Part shown: positions 17,734 to 23,578 of the stretch, piece by piece
Layout of the letters: every line of letters begins with the position of its first letter
Position numbering within the stretch: position 1 is the first letter of the stretch
DNA from: Caldimicrobium thiodismutans
GTDB taxonomy: Bacteria > Desulfobacterota > Thermodesulfobacteria > Thermodesulfobacteriales > Thermodesulfobacteriaceae
Assembly: GCF_001548275.1 (NCBI RefSeq)
Contig: NZ_AP014945.1
Span: forward strand, 1,560,001-1,592,000
Length of the DNA stretch: 32,000 bases
Direction: 5' to 3'
Notes under the pieces: generated by a model
What the model was told of the DNA's origin: nothing
Seen by the model: the letters and a program-made list of their open reading frames with translations, nothing else
Database searches by the model: none
Translations under genes and position numbers: made by a program

Positions 17734-17761
17734 TTGAAATCAAAAAGAGGATGTTTATTAT
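17734..17761 (+). promoter_or_regulatory. Putative hsp20 promoter (-35 TTGAAA 17734..17739, 16-nt spacer, -10 TATTAT 17756..17761)
   Basis: CTTGAAATcaaaaagaggatgttTATTAT lies about 40 nt upstream of the hsp20 ATG. It is the mirror image of the clpB element. Confidence 0.4.
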
Positions 17762-17802
17762 AAAAATAAAAAGGAACAAAAATTAAAAGGAGGTGAGGTG
17801 AT

Positions 17803-18246
17803 ATGGCAGAACTAACTATTTGGCGTCCATTTCAAGACTTAAAAAAGGAAATGGATCGTCTATGGCAGGAATTTTTTGGTAAATCTTATTTACCAGAAAG
17901 ATGGGAAGTAATTGAATGGGCACCAGCAGTAGATGTTTCAGAAACTGATGATGAGGTAATAGTAAAAGCTGATCTACCTGGTGTAAAACCAGAAGAGATT
18001 GAAATCAATCTTGTTGATAATGTTTTAACTATTAAAGGTGAAAAGAAAAGAGAGGCTGAGGAGAAAAAGGAAAACTATTACAGAGTAGAAAGATATTATG
18101 GAAGTTTTATGAGAGCAATTCAGCTTCCTTCTGAAGTTGATGTAGAAAAAGTAAAGGCTCAGTATAAGGATGGTGTATTGAAAGTAACTCTTCCTAAGAA
18201 GCCAGAGGCTAAGAAAAAACTCATTAAGGTTGAGGTCGAAAAGTAA
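17803..18246 (+). CDS. Hsp20/alpha-crystallin small heat-shock protein
   Basis: 147 aa with an alpha-crystallin domain (PAVDVSETDDEVIVKADLPGV.., GVLKVTLPKK). AGGAGGTGA SD. Confidence 0.93.
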   Translation: MAELTIWRPFQDLKKEMDRLWQEFFGKSYLPERWEVIEWAPAVDVSETDDEVIVKADLPGVKPEEIEINLVDNVLTIKGEKKREAEEKKENYYRVERYYGSFMRAIQLPSEVDVEKVKAQYKDGVLKVTLPKKPEAKKKLIKVEVEK

Positions 18247-19165
18247 AGTGATCAAAACCTAAAGGGGGGACCTCCCTGGTTTCCCCCCTTTGGGTTTTCA
18301 GAATTATTTTACCTTTCCCTTTTAAGATTTTTCCTATTTTATAAAGATCTTTTGTTTTTTTTCTTTCAAGGTCTTTTAGATTTTCTTGCGGAATAGTGAA
18401 AAGGAGGGCATAATCTTCTCCTCCTGAGAGGGCATCTTGTAAAGTTACCCCGTATCCCAGGGGAATTTTATCTTCATCAATTTCAGCTGAGACTTCTGAA
18501 GCTGTGCAAATTCTATAAAGATCAAGAAGCAAGCCATCGGAGATGTCTATGCAGGCATGAGCTATTTTCCTTATGGCCCTTCCCAATTCTATTTCAGGGG
18601 AAGGTCTTAAATGGGCCTTTTTCAAGTTAGCAGGCACTTCGGTCTGGGGATAGGTTTTTATATATCTCAAAAAGGCAGAGCTTTCTCCAAGGGGCTTTGA
18701 GACAAAAATGAGGTCTCCTGGCCTTGCTTTTGATCGCAAAAGGGGACTATCGGTCTCTCCTGTTAAGGCAAGATTAAGCATATAACAGGGACTTTTAACG
18801 GTGTCTCCACCAATAAGATAAGCAGAATACCTTTCAAGGGTTGATACAAGCCCTTCCATAAAGGGATCAATCCATTCTGGTTCAAGGGGCTTAGGGGAGC
18901 CAAGGGTAAGAAGGGCCCATCTGGGCTCTCCACCCATGGCAGCGATATCACTTAAGTTTGAAACCGCAAGTTTTATTCCTAAGGTATAAAAATCTGTATA
19001 GCTCAGGTCAAAGTGGACCCCTTCTATTAAGGCATCAGTGGTAAAAAGGAGGTATTTTCCTTCTTCAGCTTGAATTACCGCACAATCCTCATTAAAGGCT
19101 GAAACAACGGGAGGTTTTGTCCAGAGGTATTTTTTTAAATATTCAAGCCATTCCTTTTCAGTCAT
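18224..19165 (-). CDS. thiL: Thiamine-monophosphate kinase
   Basis: 313 aa with the AIR-synthase-like fold, TTDALIEGVHF, a GGDT motif and a GFDHF C-terminal motif. It shares a TAATG 1-nt overlap with ndk. The last 23 nt overlap the convergent hsp20. Confidence 0.88.
   Translation of the reverse strand: MTEKEWLEYLKKYLWTKPPVVSAFNEDCAVIQAEEGKYLLFTTDALIEGVHFDLSYTDFYTLGIKLAVSNLSDIAAMGGEPRWALLTLGSPKPLEPEWIDPFMEGLVSTLERYSAYLIGGDTVKSPCYMLNLALTGETDSPLLRSKARPGDLIFVSKPLGESSAFLRYIKTYPQTEVPANLKKAHLRPSPEIELGRAIRKIAHACIDISDGLLLDLYRICTASEVSAEIDEDKIPLGYGVTLQDALSGGEDYALLFTIPQENLKDLERKKTKDLYKIGKILKGKGKIILKTQRGETREVPPLGFDHFTFRPQP
18261..18298 (+). terminator. Intrinsic-terminator-like hairpin for hsp20, embedded in the thiL 3' coding sequence
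   Basis: AAAGGGGGGA (18261..18270) pairs with TCCCCCCTTT (18282..18291) across an 11-nt loop, followed by GGGTTTTC. It starts 15 nt after the hsp20 stop. Confidence 0.55.
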
Positions 19166-19590
19166 TAACTCAGGGCAATTAACTCGTATTCACTAAAGAA
19201 AAAGGGAATTTCCTTGGCAGCTGATTCCGGGCTATCAGAACCATGCACAGTATTCTTTTCTTTATCAATAGCAAAGAGTTTTCTTATCGTGCCCTCAGCA
19301 GCTTCTTTGGGGTCGGTTGCTCCCATGATTTCTCTAACTCTTTTTATTGCATTTTCTCCTTCCAGAACCAAGGCTACGATTGGCCCTGAAGACATATAAT
19401 TAGTTAAGTCTTCATAAAAAGGTCTTTCTTTATGAACAATATAAAAGGCTTTAGCCTGATCCTTGGATAATCTTACCTTTTTTAAGGCAATTACTTTTAA
19501 ACCCTTTTCTTCAAAGATGCTGATTACTTTTCCAATAAGATTTCTCTCCACACCATCAGGCTTAATCATAACAAGAGTTCTCTCAATCAT
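19165..19590 (-). CDS. ndk: Nucleoside-diphosphate kinase
   Basis: 141 aa with ERTLVMIKPDGV and the active-site NTVHGSDS. Confidence 0.95.
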   Translation of the reverse strand: MIERTLVMIKPDGVERNLIGKVISIFEEKGLKVIALKKVRLSKDQAKAFYIVHKERPFYEDLTNYMSSGPIVALVLEGENAIKRVREIMGATDPKEAAEGTIRKLFAIDKEKNTVHGSDSPESAAKEIPFFFSEYELIALS

Positions 19591-19659
19591 CTTATCCCTC
19601 CTCCTTTGACAGGGTTAATTAATTTTTTGACAACTGAATTTTACCAATTTTTTTGATTT

Positions 19660-19777
19660 TTAAAAGAATCTGTATAAGCTCATATCATTTGAGACTCAAG
19701 AGGATTTTTTCTACTACCTCTCACCTTTTTCCCCCTTTTCCACCCTTCCTATTTCTTCTAAGGATATGAACCTATGC
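19660..19777 (+). repeat. Intergenic repeat family, copy B
   Basis: ..CTCATATCATTTGAGACTCAAGAGGATTTTTTCTACTACCTCTCACC..CCACCCTTCCTATTTCTTCTAAGGATATGAACCTATGC aligns by hand with copies A and C. The -35-like end is degenerate here (TTTTAA on the minus strand). Confidence 0.75.
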
Positions 19778-19845
19778 AAAGACGCAGTTCATTACAATCT
19801 TTAGTTTTAGTAAGGGGCAAAACAAAGTTATTTCAGGGCCTCTTC

Positions 19846-19873
19846 TTGAAAATTAATCAAGAAAAGGTAAATT
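19846..19873 (+). promoter_or_regulatory. Putative alaS promoter (-35 TTGAAA, 16-nt spacer, -10 TAAATT)
   Basis: CCTCTTCTTGAAAattaatcaagaaaaggTAAATT lies about 40 nt upstream of the alaS ATG. A near-identical CCTCTTCTTGTAA..TAAAAT arrangement is at 10547..10583 upstream of the ZnuA-like gene. Confidence 0.35.
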
Positions 19874-19914
19874 TTTTCTTTATATTTTAAAATTTATTTG
19901 TGAAGGGGATAGGG

Positions 19915-22512
19915 ATGCTTAGAGGAAGAATTATCAGGCAAAAATTTCTTGAATTTTTTAAGGAGCGAGGTCATGAGGTTGTGCCAAGTTCTCCCCTTAT
20001 TCCCAAAGATGATCCAACCCTTCTTTTCACCAATGCGGGGATGGTTCAGTTTAAGAGGGTATTTTTGGGAGAGGAGGTAAGACCTTATAAAAGAGCTGTT
20101 TCCTGTCAGAAATGTATGCGGGCAGGGGGGAAGCACAATGATCTTGAAAATGTTGGATATACCGCAAGGCATCACACCTTTTTTGAGATGCTTGGGAATT
20201 TTTCCTTTGGAGATTATTTCAAAGAGGAGGCCATAGCCTTTGCCTGGGAATTTGTTACTCAGGAACTAAATCTTCCTAAGGAAAGACTTTATGCCACAGT
20301 TTTCAGAGAAGATGAGGAGGCAATCAAACTCTGGAAAAAGATAGCAGGGTTTTCGGAGGATAAAATTGTTCCTTTAGGAGAAAAAGATAACTTTTGGATG
20401 ATGGGCGATACCGGGCCCTGTGGCCCTTGCTCAGAGCTCATTTTTGATCAGGGGGAGGCCTTCTCCTGTGGAAGCCCGGATTGTAAACCAGGCTGTAGTT
20501 GTGATCGCTATCTTGAGATCTGGAACTTAGTTTTTATGCAGTATGAGCGTTTTCCTGATGGCACATTAAAGCCCCTTCCCAAACCAAGTATTGATACAGG
20601 AATGGGCCTTGAAAGAATCACAGCAGTAGTTCAGGGGGTTCCCTCAAATTATGATACCGACCTTTTCGCAGGAATTATGCACGCCCTGGAAGAGCTTTCA
20701 GGAAGGCCCTTTAAAGAAAGTCAGGAAACAGAAGTAGCCTTTAGAGTCATTGCTGATCACCTAAGGGCCTCAGTTTTTTTAATCTCTGAGGGGATTTTAC
20801 CCTCTAATGAAGGAAGGTCCTATGTGCTTAGAAGAATAATAAGAAGGGCAGAAAGATTTGGAAAACTTCTTGGTCTGAGAGAACCCTTTTTGTATAAAAT
20901 TATTACCCCTGTAGTTGAGGAGTTTGGAGAGATTTATCCAGAGCTAAACAAAAATGTCACCGTGGTTGAAAAGGTTTTAAAGATTGAGGAAGAAAAGTTT
21001 CAGGAGACCTTAAACTTTGGATTAGAGCTTTTAGAAAAAGAGGTATCTAAGCTTTCTAAAGAGGGAGTTAAAATTATTCCAGGGGAACTTCTTTTTAAAC
21101 TTTATGATACCTATGGTTTTCCCTATGATCTTGTGAGAGACTATGTTTTGCCTTTAGGATTTGACTTAGATGTTGCTGGATTTGAAAGCTTAAGAGAACA
21201 GGCAAGACAGGAGTCTCGAAAATCCTGGAAGGGGGCTTTAGAGAGAGTTCCTGAGGAGATTAAGAGCCTTCTCCAGGAGGGAGTGCAGACCTTCTTTGTG
21301 GGATACGAGAGTTTAACAGAAAAAGGTAAGATAATTGCCTTTACTGAGGACTTTTTAATCACTGATATAACCCCTTTTTATCCCGAGGGTGGTGGACAGA
21401 TAGCTGATAGAGGATTGATTCTTGGGAATAAAGGCAAGGCGAAGATTATTGATGTTCAAAAGGTAGGGGAGGTCATTTATCATAGGGTCAAGATTTTAGA
21501 AGGGACATTAGAGATAGGTGAAGAGGTGGAATTAAGAGTTGATGCTGAGAGGAGGGCTCATATTGCCCGTCATCATACAGCTACCCATCTTCTTCATGCT
21601 GCCTTGAGAAAGGTTCTTGGCCCTCATGTTCGTCAGTCAGGATCCTTGGTTGAGGATTCAAGGCTGCGTTTTGATTTTTCGCACTTTCAGGCTCTGACCC
21701 AGGATGAACTTAACCAGGTTGAAAACTTTGTCAATCAATGGGTTTTACAGAATTATCCCTTAGAGATTTATTTAGTGAAGAAAGAGGAGGCTGAAAAACT
21801 GGGAGCTCTGGCTTTTTTTGAAGAAAAGTATGGAGATCTTGTAAGGGTTATAAAAATAAACGATATTTCCTGTGAACTTTGTGGAGGCACCCATGTTAAA
21901 GCTACTGGTGAGATAGGGCTTTTTAAGATAATCTCTGAAAGCAGTGTGGCAAGTGGGGTGAGAAGGATTGAGGCTGTTGCTGGAATGAGGGCCTATGCCT
22001 TTGTAAAGGAGCTTGAAAATAGGCTTGAGAGAGTTTCAGAGATACTTAAAACAAGCTCTAAGGATTTAGAAAAAAGAGTTCAGGAGTTGCTTGAGGAAAA
22101 TTCAAGGCTTCAACGGGAGATAAAAAGACTTAGATCAAAGGATATTAAAAGTGAGCTTTCTGCCAAACTTAAAGAGGTTAAAGAGGTTAAGGGGGTCAAG
22201 GTTCTTGTATCAGCCTTTGAGACAGAGAAAATGGATGAACTTAGAGAATTTGGTGATTTTTTTAAAAATGCCCTTTCCAGCGGGATTTTCTTCTTGATAG
22301 GAGAAAGGGAAGGGGATAAGCTTGCAGTATGTATGGTGACCAAAGACCTTTCTTCCAGAATTTCAGCTGGAGAGGTTTTTAGAAGGTTATCAGAGTCCTT
22401 AGGACTAAAGGGTGGGGGAAGGAATGAGCTTGCACAAGGAAGTTTTAGTAAAAAAGTATCTCTTGAGGAGATAAGAAAAAAAATAGAGGAGGTGATCCAG
22501 GCTTATGTCTGA
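19915..22512 (+). CDS. alaS: Alanine--tRNA ligase
   Basis: FTNAGMVQFK, HHTFFEMLGNFSFGDYFK, the editing-domain HxxxH..CGGTH and a C-terminal DHHA1-like domain. The start is set at ATG 19915 (AAGGGGA SD) rather than the track's GTG at 19900. Confidence 0.95.
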   Translation: MLRGRIIRQKFLEFFKERGHEVVPSSPLIPKDDPTLLFTNAGMVQFKRVFLGEEVRPYKRAVSCQKCMRAGGKHNDLENVGYTARHHTFFEMLGNFSFGDYFKEEAIAFAWEFVTQELNLPKERLYATVFREDEEAIKLWKKIAGFSEDKIVPLGEKDNFWMMGDTGPCGPCSELIFDQGEAFSCGSPDCKPGCSCDRYLEIWNLVFMQYERFPDGTLKPLPKPSIDTGMGLERITAVVQGVPSNYDTDLFAGIMHALEELSGRPFKESQETEVAFRVIADHLRASVFLISEGILPSNEGRSYVLRRIIRRAERFGKLLGLREPFLYKIITPVVEEFGEIYPELNKNVTVVEKVLKIEEEKFQETLNFGLELLEKEVSKLSKEGVKIIPGELLFKLYDTYGFPYDLVRDYVLPLGFDLDVAGFESLREQARQESRKSWKGALERVPEEIKSLLQEGVQTFFVGYESLTEKGKIIAFTEDFLITDITPFYPEGGGQIADRGLILGNKGKAKIIDVQKVGEVIYHRVKILEGTLEIGEEVELRVDAERRAHIARHHTATHLLHAALRKVLGPHVRQSGSLVEDSRLRFDFSHFQALTQDELNQVENFVNQWVLQNYPLEIYLVKKEEAEKLGALAFFEEKYGDLVRVIKINDISCELCGGTHVKATGEIGLFKIISESSVASGVRRIEAVAGMRAYAFVKELENRLERVSEILKTSSKDLEKRVQELLEENSRLQREIKRLRSKDIKSELSAKLKEVKEVKGVKVLVSAFETEKMDELREFGDFFKNALSSGIFFLIGEREGDKLAVCMVTKDLSSRISAGEVFRRLSESLGLKGGGRNELAQGSFSKKVSLEEIRKKIEEVIQAYV

Positions 22513-22732
22513 AAAAATCAGGATTGATGTTTTTATGAATCTTACCTGCACCACAGAGCCTCAACTTCGGGAAAACCTTAAAAAGGCTCTTTCTCTTGAA
22601 GGTCTTACCGCAGAGGTAAGCTATAAGAGACTTTCTCCTGAGGAGGCTGAAAGGCTTGGGCTAAAGGGTTCTCCAACTGTGATAATTAATGGCAAAGAGC
22701 TCCAACCCCTTCCCCAGGGGGGATTTACCTGA
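22505..22732 (+). CDS. Small thioredoxin-fold protein (single N-terminal Cys; GSPTVIING motif). This is the conventional ORF, which ends at TGA 22730..22732. See the readthrough feature.
   Basis: 75 codons. The strong SD GAGGAGGTGAT (22486..22496) lies 8 nt upstream of the ATG. An ATGTCTGA 8-nt overlap with the alaS stop suggests translational coupling. Confidence 0.8.
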   Translation: MSEKIRIDVFMNLTCTTEPQLRENLKKALSLEGLTAEVSYKRLSPEEAERLGLKGSPTVIINGKELQPLPQGGFT

Positions 22733-22819
22733 AGACTTTTTATAGATGAGTCTGGGAGGCTCAGTCCGGTGCCAACGGTAACGATTTTGAGAAAACACTT
22801 AAGGGAAGCTACATCTTAA
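22733..22819 (+). other. Possible selenocysteine-readthrough extension (28 codons plus TAA) with a SECIS-like hairpin at 22747..22763
   Basis: The frame after the TGA stays open and reads RLFIDESGRLSPVPTVTILRKHLREATS*. The hairpin is TGAGTC-TGGGA-GGCTCA: 6 bp including one G.U, with a G-rich 5-nt apical loop. It begins 14 nt after the UGA. Confidence 0.45.
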
Positions 22820-23312
22820 AAAAGCTTCTGGGACTTAAGGTCTCAAATTTATAGAGAGGTTCTTCCATTTGGGCTGTAACCTGGACTAAAAAATAATTAT
22901 CTGGAGTCTTTTCTATATTTCGTTTAAGAGAAGGGCTAATCCAGTGAGAATCTTCAACAAGATTGTAAAAATAGGAATCAATCCCGAAAAATCCATCCAA
23001 AAGGTGTGCAATAAGATGAACAATTTTGCTTAGATAACCCTGAGGAAGGTTGAGGAGGTCTGAAAAATTTGTAAACCCTTCTTTTTTAAGGTCCTCTAAG
23101 TAGCCTTTAAGAACTTTCTGATTTTCAATAAGGCCCCTTTCAATTTCCAGCCAGAAGGTATCTGTATCTGCTCTAAAATGGGTTTTTTCAATAAAAAAAG
23201 AATCATATCGCACGAGCTCATATCTTTCTAAAAAGTGCTTAACCTTTTGAGAAGCTAAGAAAAAGTTTTCTGCCTGAACCAAAAAAAGGTGTCTTGATTC
23301 TTGTTTGGCCAT
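22809..23312 (-). CDS. Hypothetical protein (no family recognised)
   Basis: 167-aa ORF that fills the space between flanking genes. It has no recognisable motif, TM segment or signal peptide, and no obvious SD. Confidence 0.55.
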   Translation of the reverse strand: MAKQESRHLFLVQAENFFLASQKVKHFLERYELVRYDSFFIEKTHFRADTDTFWLEIERGLIENQKVLKGYLEDLKKEGFTNFSDLLNLPQGYLSKIVHLIAHLLDGFFGIDSYFYNLVEDSHWISPSLKRNIEKTPDNYFLVQVTAQMEEPLYKFETLSPRSFFKM

Positions 23313-23383
23313 TTTAATAAAAAAATAACCTAAATTTTTAAGTTTAAAATGGAATGTGAAATAGATTTCTAAAAAGTAAAAAT

Positions 23384-23513
23384 TTTGCCCTTCTATGTAA
23401 GTTCACATCCTTACAAAAAAAAGAAGAGGGGTAATGATGAAAAGGTGAGAGGTGAGTAGCAGGAAAAATCCTATAGAGTCTCAAAAGATATGGGCGCATA
23501 CATTTGCTTGACT
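23384..23513 (-). repeat. Intergenic repeat family, copy C (inverted relative to A and B). It includes the -35 box of the chemoreceptor promoter.
   Basis: The reverse complement reads GCGCCCATATCTTTTGAGACTCTATAGGATTTTTCCTGCTACTCACCTCTCACC..TTGTAAGGATGTGAACTTACATAGAAGGGCAAAA. The plus-strand end GTCTCAAAAGATATGGGCGCATACATTTGCTTGACT matches the minus strand of copy A at 31/36 positions. Confidence 0.8.
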
Positions 23514-23535
23514 ACATAGAAAAATTTTTTATAAT
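23508..23535 (+). promoter_or_regulatory. Near-consensus sigma-70-type promoter of the chemoreceptor gene (TTGACT, 16-nt spacer, TATAAT)
   Basis: TTGACT is at 23508..23513 and TATAAT at 23530..23535, about 44 nt upstream of ATG 23579, which has a GGAGG SD. Confidence 0.6.
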
Positions 23536-23578
23536 AAAGAAAAATTTAAACTCAGAATACCTAATTTGGAGGTTACCC

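Noticed and set aside
17645-17802. Search for CIRCE (TTAGCACTC-N9-GAGTGCTAA) or HAIR (CTTGAGT-N7-ACTCAAG) operators between clpB and hsp20
   Set aside because: Neither consensus is present. Only the CTTGAAAT inverted repeat was found, and that is reported separately.
17803-18246. Possible foreign origin of hsp20, suggested by its more A/T-ending codons than neighbouring genes
   Set aside because: This is an impression from reading only. The gene is short and probably highly expressed, so a codon-usage difference is expected. It cannot be supported without genome-wide codon statistics.
19591-19914. T-box or other riboswitch leaders upstream of alaS; also considered for cysS, thiL and lysC
   Set aside because: I saw no T-box consensus (..GGGTGGTACCGCG-type) or specifier-loop architecture upstream of alaS. 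cysS, thiL and lysC have no leader at all, because each is coupled to the preceding gene.
19894-20175. 93-aa minus-strand ORF across the alaS start
   Set aside because: It is antisense to the most conserved N-terminal part of AlaRS, and it has no SD and no recognisable family.
23504-23578. TTG-initiated 25-codon N-terminal extension of the chemoreceptor ORF
   Set aside because: A near-consensus TTGACT/TATAAT promoter lies inside it, and the ATG at 23579 has a GGAGG SD followed directly by TM1.
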